A stretch of DNA of 62,837 bases, filler included, from an uncultured bacterium (GCA_964449065.1; 5 parts of 5 records of this genome joined end to end with filler, not necessarily neighbours in it), one strand, 5' to 3'. Shown: positions 11,445-22,141, counted from the whole stretch's first letter. The notes: generated from the letters alone by a model not told the origin. Translations and numbers: made by a program.

Positions 11445-12536
11445 ATGTTCTTAACCAAACCGCGATTACGCTATCTTTTGTTTTATGTTACCTCACGCTG
11501 CAACCTGCGCTGTAGCCACTGCTTTTATTTAGAGGAACTCAACAAACACGACGAAATGTCGCTGGAAGAGATCGAAAAAGTGGCCCGAAGCCTGGCACCG
11601 CTTTCATTTGTGCGAATGACAGGCGGCGAGCCTTTTTTACGGAAAGATTTACCGGAAGTGATACACGCGTTCCGCCGGCATTCGGCAACCAAACGATTGG
11701 GCATCATCACCAACGGCACACGGCCGGAATGGGTGCAAAAAACAGTAGCACGCATGTTTGAACTCTCGCCGGATGTAACGGTGGATGTGGGGGTATCCGT
11801 GGATGGCCTGCAAGAGGTTCATGACGAATTGCGGGGATTAAAGGGCTCGTTCCAGCGCGCGAAAGATACCGTTGCCGAATTGGTGAACGCGCAGCGGGAC
11901 TATCCTCAACTGCTCACCTCAACCGTAACAACTGTCACCGCGAAAAACGAACCGCAATTGGAAGGACTGTATGACGAATTGGCCTCATGGGGGGTGAACC
12001 GGTTATCGGTTAACCATCTGCGGGGCAAGGTGCATGATCAAGATTTGCTGGAGGTCCCTTTTGCGCGGTATCAGGAATTCGCGCGCAAATGCGAAGCCTA
12101 TCATCAACAACACGAAACCGGGTTTAAAGCAAGCGTGCAGCGGGCGAAAAACCGCTTGGCACAGAACGCGATCTATGAAGTGGTCGATGGCAACGATTCC
12201 AGCGTTCATTGCCTTGCAGGGACATCGATTGGCGTGCTGTATTCGGATGGAAACGTGAGTTTGTGTGAGATGCTGGAAGGCGACTTAGCTCAAGCCAACG
12301 GACGCCCCGCCCCGCACGCTTTGCTGGGCAATGTGCGGGACGTGGATCATGATTTTTACCGCATCTGGCATTCGGATAACACCCAGCGCTGCCGCGAATG
12401 GATACGGGAGACCAACTGCTCGTGTTCGCATGAATGCTTTTTGACCGCGAGCATTTTGTTTGGGAAAGAAAACTATCCCGCATTGGCAAAAGAGTGGGTG
12501 AAGCAAACGTTGACGGGGGCTTCGACAAAAGACTAA
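11445..12536 (+). CDS. Radical SAM protein with SPASM/twitch-like C-terminus
   Basis: CNLRCSHC, TGGEPF, SVDG, CLAG..DGNVSLCE, CSCSHEC. Confidence 0.9.
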   Translation: MFLTKPRLRYLLFYVTSRCNLRCSHCFYLEELNKHDEMSLEEIEKVARSLAPLSFVRMTGGEPFLRKDLPEVIHAFRRHSATKRLGIITNGTRPEWVQKTVARMFELSPDVTVDVGVSVDGLQEVHDELRGLKGSFQRAKDTVAELVNAQRDYPQLLTSTVTTVTAKNEPQLEGLYDELASWGVNRLSVNHLRGKVHDQDLLEVPFARYQEFARKCEAYHQQHETGFKASVQRAKNRLAQNAIYEVVDGNDSSVHCLAGTSIGVLYSDGNVSLCEMLEGDLAQANGRPAPHALLGNVRDVDHDFYRIWHSDNTQRCREWIRETNCSCSHECFLTASILFGKENYPALAKEWVKQTLTGASTKD

Positions 12537-12573
12537 GCGGGTGCACCATTCTTTTAAGGTTGATATCACTCTA

Positions 12574-12623
12574 CTAGTCTGTCAATCAAAAATTGACGGC
12601 TGGCTATCCGTTGTTCCCCCCCC
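12574..12623 (+). mobile_element. MITE family A, truncated at contig end
   Basis: TA|CTAGTCTGTCAATCAAAAATTGACGGCTGGCTATCCGTTGTT matches the left end of 33233-33330. Confidence 0.8.
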
Positions 12624-12723
12624 NNNNNNNNNNNNNNNNNNNNNNNNNNNNNNNNNNNNNNNNNNNNTTAATTAATTAANNNNNNNNNNNNNNNNNNNNN
12701 NNNNNNNNNNNNNNNNNNNNNNN
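12624..12723. other. Artificial contig linker
   Basis: N44-TTAATTAATTAA-N44; stop codons in all six frames. Confidence 0.97.
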
Positions 12724-12792
12724 ATCACTCATCACTCATCACTCATCACTCATCACTCATCACTCATCACTCATCACTTGTCACTTGTCACT
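12724..12792. repeat. Heptamer tandem repeat (ATCACTC)x~8 then (TTGTCAC)x2
   Basis: Directly visible at the contig start. Confidence 0.9.
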
Positions 12793-12796
12793 GCCC

Positions 12797-14278
12797 TTAA
12801 TACACCATCCAAGATGCAACATCCACAGGTTCATTGTTGAATGGGAAGAAGCCGCCAAGCGGAGACCCGCCGGTTCCGGCCGTGCGGTAGGCTTCATTCG
12901 ATACCACCAAATATTCCGGTGAAGTAGGATCGGTTGAAAGAAACATCGGATCCCCCGTTTCGATATTTTCTAAGTTTGCTGTAACCGGGAACAATTCAAA
13001 TTCCGGAAAGACCAAGAATTCACCTTCATCAGGGAAAGCGGTGTTGGTGTAATTCAACACAAAATCATCCTGCACCTGACCAGCTAAATCCAGCGCCATA
13101 TCCGTATCAAAAAGTAATATCGATCCGGCAAATATCGAATCGTTAAAGGATACATTTACCGGACCGGCTGATGCGGCGTTGTCCGCTGTGAGACTTGTGA
13201 TAAACGAAATATCTGTCGTCTCATTGAAAAAGAATGTGCTGTTGGAAAATTCAAACGACGTACCCGAGCTGGGAGCGGCATTTAACCAAGCGATTCCGTC
13301 TTCGTTTTCGGTTACAAGAAGATGATTCGCGGTGATTGAGTTTGAAAACATATCCGGACGAATCCCAACCGCGTTCTTATCAATATGAACATAATTTAAA
13401 TTATGCGTGCCTGTCCAAAGTTGCAAACCAACCGAACCGTTCCCTTTAAATAAAACCGGTTCATCCAACGTTCCATTGCAGTTTAAAATCGGGGTTAAGT
13501 CCACGACTTCACCGGCTGTTGTGATGATTTGAGCGCCATATCGTCCACAATACGATGCAACCACTCCAGGGCCGAAGTTGATAGTTGTGTTGAAGCCGCC
13601 CAAAATAAATCCATCGCGGCCGCTGGTTGGAATGGTGGGATCACGGTCACTGTCGATATGAGTGACGATTGTATGATCCACATTTACGGTAACATCCGCG
13701 TTGCCGGCGCCGCCGAACGGGCCGCCCAATACAACAATGCCATCGTTGCCGAATGATATGGAGGTATCGGGACCGGGAAACAAAGGCTCCAACCCATTGA
13801 CGGAGAGCGGTTGATCGCTGCCGTCATTGGCAGAGACCAACACGTTGCTTATGTTTACGGTGTAGACATCCGCATCCGTAACCGGATTCAACCTAACTGC
13901 TCTGCCCGGCGTATTAGAAGTAGAAGGGATGCAAACTAAATTCTCCAAAGTCACATTTACCCCCGCTGTATTTACGATGGAATCGTCATCCCCCGGTGTG
14001 GGAACAAGCACCAATACCGGCCGGTTATCCGCATCCTCGCCCATAATTGTTACATCTTGCGAGAGAGTTGCCGACGTATCCGTATACGTTCCGGGAGCCA
14101 CCATGACCACATTGGGTTGGGTAGAGTCATCCGCTTCCACCGCATCGACTGCGTCTTGGATGGTGGTGAAGTCACCGGTGCCATCCGCAGCCACCCGTAC
14201 GGTCTGCGCATTAGCTGTGATTGCGCTAGACAGCATAGCCAGCGCGGAAATACTGAACCACGTCAAATTCTTTTTCAT
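12797..14278 (-). CDS. Secreted acidic protein, probable parallel beta-helix (pectin-lyase-like) fold
   Basis: Signal peptide ANA-Q; VAADGTGDFTTIQDAVD and VAPGTY beta-helix starters; GDPMF; C-terminal VASWMVY. Confidence 0.7.
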   Translation of the reverse strand: MKKNLTWFSISALAMLSSAITANAQTVRVAADGTGDFTTIQDAVDAVEADDSTQPNVVMVAPGTYTDTSATLSQDVTIMGEDADNRPVLVLVPTPGDDDSIVNTAGVNVTLENLVCIPSTSNTPGRAVRLNPVTDADVYTVNISNVLVSANDGSDQPLSVNGLEPLFPGPDTSISFGNDGIVVLGGPFGGAGNADVTVNVDHTIVTHIDSDRDPTIPTSGRDGFILGGFNTTINFGPGVVASYCGRYGAQIITTAGEVVDLTPILNCNGTLDEPVLFKGNGSVGLQLWTGTHNLNYVHIDKNAVGIRPDMFSNSITANHLLVTENEDGIAWLNAAPSSGTSFEFSNSTFFFNETTDISFITSLTADNAASAGPVNVSFNDSIFAGSILLFDTDMALDLAGQVQDDFVLNYTNTAFPDEGEFLVFPEFELFPVTANLENIETGDPMFLSTDPTSPEYLVVSNEAYRTAGTGGSPLGGFFPFNNEPVDVASWMVY

Positions 14279-14382
14279 CCTTTTTCTCCTTCAAACGTTA
14301 TTCTCTCCGCACTTTCCAACCGAAACCATTCATATATCAAATTGATTTCCAATAGTATATACTTTTTTGAGGGGCTTGTCAT

Positions 14383-14412
14383 TCGCAGTTAAATTCTCGC
14401 AGTTAAATTCTC
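14383..14412. repeat. 14-bp direct repeat in a divergent promoter region
   Basis: TCGCAGTTAAATTC twice in tandem. Confidence 0.7.
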
Positions 14413-14450
14413 TGTAATAGATGTAATATAATTCACCTTGGGAGGATGAC

Positions 14451-16667
14451 ATGAATCAAACGATATCTACTTTCATAATTTCTTTAATGGTTTCCCTGCT
14501 TTCTTTGATTTCAATCGGAGCCAATATAGCTTGTGCTGCTGTATATCATGTGTATTTCAACAAAGACATTTCTCCAGCGCAATTTGCCGCTGAAGAAATA
14601 CAAACCAGTCTTCGGCACGAGCCGCATACTGTATTGATGAACCCTCTCAATGAATATGAGCGGGGCAAAAGCAATCAAATTGTCTTATGCACGATGGAAA
14701 GCCAAGAGATGTTCATGACATTTCCATTGGTTCCGCATGAACCGGAAGGATTCACGATTCAACAAGCCGATGACACCATTTGGGTGATTGGAACCGATAA
14801 CGCCGGAATGATGTATGGCGGATTGGAACTGGCGGAGCGGATTGATATTAATGAACTCGATTTCTCTGAACCAATCGTTCAATCTCCATATATGAACATG
14901 CGGGGAACGAAGTTTAATATTCCGCTGGATGTCCGGACACCCAGCTACAGCGATGTCAGCGACGCCGCGCAACACAACATTGAAGAAATGTGGAGTTTTG
15001 ATTTTTGGAAAGAGTACATTGATACGCTGGCACGTTACCGGTATAACTTTGTCTCCCTGTGGAACCTGCATCCCTTCCCTTCGCTTGTCAAAGTTCCTGA
15101 GTACCCCGATATTGCATTGGATGATGTTAAGAAATCGAAGGGGCCTTTTAAAGAACACTACACCTTACAAGGGCGGGATTTTGACAGCCCGGAGATTATG
15201 AACAATCTCGTGACCCTCAAATACATGCGTATTGATGAAAAGATCGAGTTTTGGCGCAAAGTCATGCAATACGGTAAAAAGCGCAATGTGGATTTTTATT
15301 TTGTTACCTGGAACATATTCACCTACGGCATCGATGGCAAGTATGGCATCACCGATGATATCCACAACAAAACCACCAGAGATTATTTCCGCAAAAGCGT
15401 GGAGCAGATGTTTCTCACCTATCCGGACTTAGCGGGAATCGGTCTCACTACTGGAGAAAATATGGAGGGGGCCGATTTTGCCGAGAAGGAAGACTGGGCT
15501 TTTGACACCTACGCAAAAGGGACGTTGGATGCTGCCAAGCAGTTTCCGGAACGGAAATTCACCTTCATTCACCGCCAGCACCAAACCGGGGCGAAAGATA
15601 TAGCCGAGAAGTTTGAGCCGGTGATTGAAAACACCAACACCGATTTCATCTTTAGTTTCAAATATGCCAAGGCGCATGTGTATAGTTCCACCACCCAGCC
15701 GTATCACCGTGATTTTGTGAAAGAGATCGGCGATTTGGAAACCATTTGGACGCTGCGCAATGATGATATTTACTTTTTCCGCTGGGGAGCCCCTGACTTC
15801 GTCCGGGAGTTTATCCAGAACATTCCTTATGACGTTTCGAGAGGGTACTACTATGGATCAGATCAATACATCTGGGGACGTGAATTTTTAAGTAAACAGC
15901 CCACATCACCCCGTCAACTCGAAATCGTCAAACACTGGTATCAATGGAGCCTTTGGGGTCGGCTGGGTTACAATCCGAACATGAGCAACAAACGCTGGAT
16001 CAAAATCTTACAGCATAAATTTCCAGACGTATCGGGAGAAAGATTGTTTGAAGCGTGGCAAAGCGCTTCGATGATCTATCCGCTTACCACCGGTTTTCAT
16101 TGGGGATCGTTGGATTTTCGGTGGTATATCGAGGCGTGCAAAAGCCGGTCCGGTCCGGCACAGACGGAATCGGGTTTTCATGATGTCAACCGGTTTATCA
16201 CGTTGCAGCCGCATCCCACATCCGGCAACATTTCCATTCCGGATTATGTTGAACACATCACGGAAACGAAAGAGGTATCAGGGACTACTCCCATCGAGGT
16301 TTCGCAAGACTTGCATCATCGTGCTGACCGGGCGTTAGAATTAGTCCAATCGTTTCCTCCTCCGTCCGGTCAAGAACTCCGTAAAACGCTGAATGATATC
16401 AAAGCCATCTCCTATCTTGGCAAATACTACGCACACAAAATACGCGGTGCAGCCGAACTTGCTTTGTTCCGGGAAACCAGCAAGAAAACCCATCAAAAGC
16501 AGGCCGTGGATGAACTCACCGAGGCGTCTGTCTATTGGCAGATGTATTATGAAACCGGGTTGCAGCAATACAAAAATCCCTTGTGGACCAACCGGGTTGG
16601 CTATGTGGATTGGATGAAGTTGTATCAATATGTGCTGGAAGACATTGAAATTGCAAAATCTGGATAA
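14451..16667 (+). CDS. Secreted putative glycoside hydrolase (GH20/GH67-like N-terminal domain), function unknown
   Basis: Signal peptide; PEGFTI..VIGTDNAGMMYG; YIDTLARYRYN; GGAGG RBS. Confidence 0.6.
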   Translation: MNQTISTFIISLMVSLLSLISIGANIACAAVYHVYFNKDISPAQFAAEEIQTSLRHEPHTVLMNPLNEYERGKSNQIVLCTMESQEMFMTFPLVPHEPEGFTIQQADDTIWVIGTDNAGMMYGGLELAERIDINELDFSEPIVQSPYMNMRGTKFNIPLDVRTPSYSDVSDAAQHNIEEMWSFDFWKEYIDTLARYRYNFVSLWNLHPFPSLVKVPEYPDIALDDVKKSKGPFKEHYTLQGRDFDSPEIMNNLVTLKYMRIDEKIEFWRKVMQYGKKRNVDFYFVTWNIFTYGIDGKYGITDDIHNKTTRDYFRKSVEQMFLTYPDLAGIGLTTGENMEGADFAEKEDWAFDTYAKGTLDAAKQFPERKFTFIHRQHQTGAKDIAEKFEPVIENTNTDFIFSFKYAKAHVYSSTTQPYHRDFVKEIGDLETIWTLRNDDIYFFRWGAPDFVREFIQNIPYDVSRGYYYGSDQYIWGREFLSKQPTSPRQLEIVKHWYQWSLWGRLGYNPNMSNKRWIKILQHKFPDVSGERLFEAWQSASMIYPLTTGFHWGSLDFRWYIEACKSRSGPAQTESGFHDVNRFITLQPHPTSGNISIPDYVEHITETKEVSGTTPIEVSQDLHHRADRALELVQSFPPPSGQELRKTLNDIKAISYLGKYYAHKIRGAAELALFRETSKKTHQKQAVDELTEASVYWQMYYETGLQQYKNPLWTNRVGYVDWMKLYQYVLEDIEIAKSG

Positions 16668-16741
16668 ATGGGTTTCCGTTTAATCGTTTCTAAACATTTC
16701 ACGCATAAAAATAGATAATCAATTTATCTAAGGACCTATAA

Positions 16742-17317
16742 ATGTCAACCAAAAAAGCATTTACATTGATTGAACTATTAATTGTTGTCGCGATTATTGG
16801 CATTCTCGCGGCCATTGCCGTGCCGAATTTTTTAAACGCGCAGGTACGGGCGCAAATCAGCAGGGCTCATTCGGATTTAAAAACGCTGAGCACCTCGATC
16901 GAGATGTATAATTTGGATAACGGCTCGTATCCCGGCGGCGAATTGAACTGGGCAAGCGGAGGATACTTTTGGACGGTACATTCCAGCCGCTTTGTACCGC
17001 TGACAACTCCGGTTGCCTATCTTTCATCCATTCCACTCGACCCGTTTCAACTGCCGGTAAAGATCGAACTCTCCTCGGAACGCGAGTTGGGCGGTTACAG
17101 CGGATTGTTTGACGGTTCGTATGTCTATGATGATGTAACCCGCGCGGGTCACACGATTGAAGCGTACGGCAAATCCTACAAATATACCGTGCGCAGCCCT
17201 GGGCCGGGGCGCAGTTGGACGGTCGCGCATCCAGGGGTGGTTTATTTTGCTCCATCGAACGGTTTGCGCAGTTTGGGAATTGTCGCGGTGTTAGGACCGG
17301 GAGGAACGATTTTTTAA
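16742..17317 (+). CDS. Prepilin-type N-terminal cleavage/methylation protein
   Basis: KKAFTLIELLIVVAIIGILAAIAVP class III signal peptide. Confidence 0.9.
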   Translation: MSTKKAFTLIELLIVVAIIGILAAIAVPNFLNAQVRAQISRAHSDLKTLSTSIEMYNLDNGSYPGGELNWASGGYFWTVHSSRFVPLTTPVAYLSSIPLDPFQLPVKIELSSERELGGYSGLFDGSYVYDDVTRAGHTIEAYGKSYKYTVRSPGPGRSWTVAHPGVVYFAPSNGLRSLGIVAVLGPGGTIF

Positions 17318-17339
17318 ATACTCCCTCTATAAAAAATAG

Positions 17340-17363
17340 AGGGGCACATTGCAATGTGCCCCT
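17340..17363. repeat. Perfect 24-bp palindrome AGGGGCACATTGCAATGTGCCCCT (REP-like) between convergent genes
   Basis: Followed by AC, giving a CTAC end; second copy at 53907-53931. Confidence 0.8.
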
Positions 17364-17386
17364 ACTCTCATGAATACTTTCAATTC

Positions 17387-18019
17387 TTATCCAACGCGCT
17401 CAGCGCCTAGCTTCGCGCCATGCTTTACATATTCGGGCGCATCGATTTGCTGCAAACGGCTATAGATATTTCTTGCCTGTTCTTTGTTGGTTTCTTCAAA
17501 TTTGTTCGCGCAGCGCAAAATGCCTTCATAGACAGAGCGTTTGTCTTCCGCGTCACGAATCGATCCACGCAGCGCGGCAAAGGCGTTCTCGTTGGCAATC
17601 CGCCCCAGCGCCCCAGCAGCGATGGCATGAAGATGCCGGTCGGAGTGGTTCAACCGTTTTGCGATTTCACCAACCGCCTCCTCGACTTCCCGTTCTCCCA
17701 AACAATGCAGAATGTTCATTGCGTTACGGCCTTCGGCTTTCTTTAAAGCTTCAAGCAAGACTTGATTCACTTCCGGGTCCGGGTTGGTTTCCATTGCGTA
17801 GCACGCCATGTGCGCCAGCCGCTCGTCTCCAAGAAGCAATGTGGATAACGGTTGGATCGAAGCCTTTCCGCCTTTGGAGCCCAATTGGCGTAGGGAATCA
17901 ATGCGGTCAAACAGGTCCGCGTCTTCATTAAGAGCGGTTTCGATCAGTTTCTTTTCCAAGCGTTCGGATTCTTTATGGGCTGCGGTAATTCCGGTTATGG
18001 TTGCGGTTTGATTCAGCAT
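17387..18019 (-). CDS. HEAT/PBS-lyase repeat protein
   Basis: Alternating helical repeats, e.g. AAGALGRIAN; downstream of an oxidoreductase on the same strand. Confidence 0.75.
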   Translation of the reverse strand: MLNQTATITGITAAHKESERLEKKLIETALNEDADLFDRIDSLRQLGSKGGKASIQPLSTLLLGDERLAHMACYAMETNPDPEVNQVLLEALKKAEGRNAMNILHCLGEREVEEAVGEIAKRLNHSDRHLHAIAAGALGRIANENAFAALRGSIRDAEDKRSVYEGILRCANKFEETNKEQARNIYSRLQQIDAPEYVKHGAKLGAERVG

Positions 18020-18039
18020 AATTTTCTCCTTTCCTTTTC

Positions 18040-19422
18040 CTATATAACATACGGAGCGCGTTGGGCTCTGGCAAGATAACGGTTGGCTTCATCGTCATTC
18101 ACAAACCGCTCGGTTTTGGGATCAAACTTCAAATCACGCCCCAGCCACATACAAATGTTAGCCGCATGCACGGTGGTCATCGACCGGTGCATAATCACCT
18201 CATTCGCGACCGGCTTTTTGCGGTTTTTCACGCAATCCAAAAAGTTGCGAACATGCCGCATGGAACCCCGAACCGGCCGGCCGGTGCGTTCGATGTATTC
18301 GTCGATGATTTTGTCGTAATCGTCCAACATTTTCGGGTCAGAAACATCGGGGCGTTCGTAGCCGTCGCCGCATGCCACCCATCCTTCGGTCCCTCTGTAA
18401 TAGACCGCGCAAGACCCTCCATGGCGGAAGTATTTCCGCTCGCCGTCTTCGGGGTATATGTTTTCGCGTTCGAGAATCATCGTCATGCCGTTTTCAAATT
18501 TGATGGGCATTTGGTCGCCGGAATCGTTATCGACATACGTGTAATGGATGCCGGAGGTATCCCCCAAACCCATCGCGACTTGGCACTGCGGAAAGGTGTG
18601 GGCGCCCCATTCGCCGATGCAGCTGGTATGGAAGTCGTAGTGATTTCTCCATTTGCCATTGCAGTACTCTTCATTATACGGACGCCAGGGGCATGGCCCT
18701 AACCAATGATCCCAATCGGTTTCGGATTTCGGCGGTTCTTCTTGCGCGGGCAGCCAATCGTGGCGCATTTTGGCGGCATCCCAAGGCGCAATGTGAGCGC
18801 GAATTTCTTTGATTTCACCCAAGCGTCCCAAGCGGAACATCTCATTGCAGAAGGTAAATGGGGCTTCACTCAAACGCTGGGCTCCGGTTTGATAGACTCT
18901 GCCATACCGTTTGGCGGTATCGACCACCGCTTGGCCTTCCGCCACAGTCATGGATGACGGTTTTTCGGAATAGATGTCTTTCCCCGCGCGCATCGCGTGC
19001 ACGGCCGCGGCCGCGTGCCAGCGGTCTCCGGTGGTGCTGAGAACCGCGTCGATATCGGTGCGTTCTTCCAAAAATTCAAACATGTTGTGGTACAGTTTTA
19101 CATCGTTGTTGCCATAACGCTGATCAACCAATTCTTTTACTTTGGTCGCCCTCGACACTTGAGGATCGCAGGTAGCGACAAAGTGGACATCTTCTTCCAG
19201 CAAAAAGTTTTTCAGATCGAATGTTCCGCGGCGGCCAATCCCGATCCCGCCCAAGATGATGTTGTCATTTGGAGCGGTCGCATCGCCCTGACCCAAGGCC
19301 TTAGCAGGGATAAACAGCGGGGCGGTAACGGCTGCGCCTGCCACAGCTGTGGTTTGTAAAAACGAACGCCGGTTTGGTTGAACGGGGTTTTCGTTTTTAC
19401 GGAATTCGGTTTGTTTCTTCAT
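18040..19422 (-). CDS. Gfo/Idh/MocA-family oxidoreductase, Tat-exported
   Basis: RRSFL Tat motif, GGIGIGRRG, GKDIYSEKP, WDHWLGP; GGAGG RBS. Confidence 0.9.
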   Translation of the reverse strand: MKKQTEFRKNENPVQPNRRSFLQTTAVAGAAVTAPLFIPAKALGQGDATAPNDNIILGGIGIGRRGTFDLKNFLLEEDVHFVATCDPQVSRATKVKELVDQRYGNNDVKLYHNMFEFLEERTDIDAVLSTTGDRWHAAAAVHAMRAGKDIYSEKPSSMTVAEGQAVVDTAKRYGRVYQTGAQRLSEAPFTFCNEMFRLGRLGEIKEIRAHIAPWDAAKMRHDWLPAQEEPPKSETDWDHWLGPCPWRPYNEEYCNGKWRNHYDFHTSCIGEWGAHTFPQCQVAMGLGDTSGIHYTYVDNDSGDQMPIKFENGMTMILERENIYPEDGERKYFRHGGSCAVYYRGTEGWVACGDGYERPDVSDPKMLDDYDKIIDEYIERTGRPVRGSMRHVRNFLDCVKNRKKPVANEVIMHRSMTTVHAANICMWLGRDLKFDPKTERFVNDDEANRYLARAQRAPYVI

Positions 19423-19879
19423 CGTCTTTCCTCCATTCATGTTGAATACTTCTTTATAAACTCAGTCTAAATTGGAAGGTTGGTTTGTTCCATTCTTTAA
19501 AACTAGCATAGATATTCAAAAAGCGAAAGCATGGCAGCCGATTCTTTACGATACCATTTTTAACTCCTTGAATGCTACTGTCCTTAAACTAACGATTTGC
19601 AATATGAAATAGAGGGAGTGCGGCGAGTTACCGGTTATACGAGAGACTGGTGGGTCATAAAAAAACGACCCGTTCTACACTTGTTATTTAACGATTGGAA
19701 CGGAGTAGTTCATGCTTAAACGGCTTCTCTTCTTTCCATTCTTTTGAAGAATTTTCGGCATGCCACAAATCCTATTTTTTTGATGATTTAACCACTACTC
19801 TGAAGTAGCGCGAAATGCGGGATACAAGCGATGTGCCATACCGGGTGTTATCGCATCTCGCTGATTCACGATCTTAGAT

Positions 19880-19920
19880 ACTATCTTTCTTGACTATCTT
19901 TCTTGACTATCTTTCTTGAC
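19880..19920. repeat. 13-bp tandem repeat (ACTATCTTTCTTG)x3
   Basis: Directly visible. Confidence 0.85.
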
Positions 19921-19960
19921 AAACCAAGCGCTTCTGCCAATCCGCTAACCGTTAAAGGTA

Positions 19961-19996
19961 CTTCCGGCTCGGCAACAGCCTCGCCCTCTCAAAACA
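19961..19996 (-). repeat. REP-like GAGGGCGAGGCT..GCCGAGCCGGAAG copy
   Basis: Reverse complement of the family at 6134 and 42260. Confidence 0.7.
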
Positions 19997-20165
19997 AAAA
20001 TACTTTTGACAACTCTTTTCATACATCGTCACACATGAATTGATGGGTGCCTTGCCTTTGTTGCTCCCCTTAATTACTGAGGTTTACCCAAACGTTTTCT
20101 TTGGTTTTGTTTTCTACCCCAACGGGGTAAGATAATCTGGCCAGGGGGGCAATGTCATTGACTTA

Positions 20166-20256
20166 GAGCGTTTCAGAGTTGAATAGCCGGGTAGCATCGG
20201 CTTCCAGCCGGTACATGGATATACACGTTGTACCTCTACGCAAACCTGAATTGCTC
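20166..20256. mobile_element. MITE family B (91 bp), TA-flanked
   Basis: TA|GAGCGTTTCAG ... CTGAATTGCTC|TA; 86/91 identical to 26393-26483. Confidence 0.85.
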
Positions 20257-20333
20257 TAATAAAATTCAGGCAAAAGGCGGGTTATTTCGGCTCCAAGTTT
20301 ACAAAAGAGGAATGATTGGGATGACGAAAAATA

Positions 20334-20373
20334 GGAAGAATGAACTGCCCTTGCAAAGGCAGTTCATTCTTCC
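20334..20373. terminator. 40-bp near-perfect palindrome (terminator or REP)
   Basis: GGAAGAATGAACTGCC-CTTGCAAA-GGCAGTTCATTCTTCC. Confidence 0.55.
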
Positions 20374-20512
20374 ATTCATCAAAAAAGTGTAAACTATGTC
20401 GTCGGTCTAAAATGGAAACGATGTTCCAGGTTCTTCAACAACGACTGGAACTGTCGATTCGATCTTGAAACACATTAATATACAGATTCATTTTGCATGT
20501 AAGGATAAAACC

Positions 20513-20833
20513 ATGAGTCAAATTGTACGAGTCGCATCTGTATCGGATATTCCGCCCGGCGAGGCGAAGAGTTTTGATGTCGGCAAGCATACGATTGCGG
20601 TATTTAATCTCGATGGAAAGTTGTATGCGATTGATGAATATTGCCCTCATGCCGGCGGCCCGTTATCGGAAGGATATGTAAGCGGGGATGAAGTGGAATG
20701 TCCTTGGCATAACGCGGCGTTTAAGATTAAGACGGGAGAGTGCACTTCCCCGCCCTCACCGACGGGAGTGAGCTGCTATATGGTGCATGTGGATGGGGAT
20801 GATATCCAGGTCGAAATGCCGGATGAAGAGTAG
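20513..20833 (+). CDS. Rieske [2Fe-2S] ferredoxin
   Basis: CPHAGGPL and ECPWH motifs; AAGGA RBS. Confidence 0.93.
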   Translation: MSQIVRVASVSDIPPGEAKSFDVGKHTIAVFNLDGKLYAIDEYCPHAGGPLSEGYVSGDEVECPWHNAAFKIKTGECTSPPSPTGVSCYMVHVDGDDIQVEMPDEE

Positions 20834-20848
20834 CGTTTAAAAGCAGAA

Positions 20849-20868
20849 GGGATTCCTGAACGAATCCC
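20849..20868 (+). terminator. Probable intrinsic terminator
   Basis: GGGATTC-ctgaac-GAATCCC then ATTT, just after the Rieske gene stop. Confidence 0.45.
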
Positions 20869-21121
20869 ATTTGCAATTAATACCCATGCAAATTGAGATT
20901 GCCGCATATTGAATACTGAACATCTTCCTTTCGCTGGGCTTACGTCGCGCTTATCAGTCAATATTTATTTGAAGTGGTATAAGAATGTCCGTTTCAATTG
21001 TGTACGAAGAGCAGCCCTTTTATAAGAGAGTGCTAACACTCACTAACGCTTATACAAGGCTTGAATTTTTTAATTCCATCCGCAGAAAGACTCTCACCCA
21101 TCAATTTCACTTAAGACAGTA

Positions 21122-22141
21122 TTAGTTGTTTTCGTGCCTAAAACATGAAGCGAGTTCGATCATCGCTTCGCCCATGGATTTGCCGATCAAATAATAGGTT
21201 TCCCAGTTTCGCATCCAATGGTATCCCTGCTTGGAGGGCGATTCTTCTTCCGTTCTCTGAAAATCCCGGGTTTCCACTCCGGCGACATTGTCTTTAAATT
21301 CGGGATACTTCCGGGGGTCGCCCAGGGCGAGTTGAGCGTTCATCAGCGCTTCAACTTTTTCCTTGTAACGTGGAGGGTTATCCCAGCCGCCCATCCCCGT
21401 GTTGGCAATCACGAAAGGCAGGTTGTCGATCCCTAAATTGTTTCGGATATCCTTGACGAAATGGACCATATTCGTTTCATAGACGTTGACTGCGTCCTGA
21501 TTGATACGGTCGTTCCATCCCTGGTGCCAGCCAAAGCCAACGATCTCAAAACCTTCACCTGAGTAATCTGGATAATAGGCTTTCAAATTGCCGGTAACCT
21601 CATGAACATGCCTAAAAATTTCAGCATAATAAAAGCCCCGATCACCAACATTTTCAGGATGGGGATAGTCTGCCGCACTGGGCGGTAAAAAGTCATGATA
21701 CAGCGACTTACCGCCCCAAGCCGACTTAATCAACAACACTGGATCTTCATAGGAATCTCCCACAACAAACCCAAATGCGTATTCCGGGCCGATGTGGCCG
21801 GCGCTTGCTCCATATCCGGTTGTTAGCCAGCCCGTTTGTTTCTTGTGTTGCTGAGAAATATCCACGATCCAAACATCGTCACGGACAACCGGTTCTCCGT
21901 TTGCATCCACAAGATGGCCGTAATCTTTTGGATTGCTTTTAACATACTCCTCCATGGTACCCGGTCCGCCTTTTAGTTGGCCAAAACCAACCATGTTCGA
22001 TTGACCGGATAAAATAAATATCTTGAGTTTCCCGTCGGCTGGACAGATATTCTGATCCGCTGAAATGAAAGATGGGGATGAATGCAATCCTGCAATTACG
22101 CAGAGGGCCACAACAAATTTCTTACTATCCATTGGTCTCAC
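21122..22141 (-). CDS. Sialate O-acetylesterase-like (SASA, SGNH-type) secreted esterase
   Basis: ILSGQSNM, GPEYAFG, IKSAWGG, GWHQG. Confidence 0.82.
   Translation of the reverse strand: MRPMDSKKFVVALCVIAGLHSSPSFISADQNICPADGKLKIFILSGQSNMVGFGQLKGGPGTMEEYVKSNPKDYGHLVDANGEPVVRDDVWIVDISQQHKKQTGWLTTGYGASAGHIGPEYAFGFVVGDSYEDPVLLIKSAWGGKSLYHDFLPPSAADYPHPENVGDRGFYYAEIFRHVHEVTGNLKAYYPDYSGEGFEIVGFGWHQGWNDRINQDAVNVYETNMVHFVKDIRNNLGIDNLPFVIANTGMGGWDNPPRYKEKVEALMNAQLALGDPRKYPEFKDNVAGVETRDFQRTEEESPSKQGYHWMRNWETYYLIGKSMGEAMIELASCFRHENN

Noticed and set aside
12668..12679. TTAATTAATTAA recurring every ~12.5 kb as a biological site
   Set aside because: Always centred in N44 flanks; it is a six-frame-stop linker added during concatenation.
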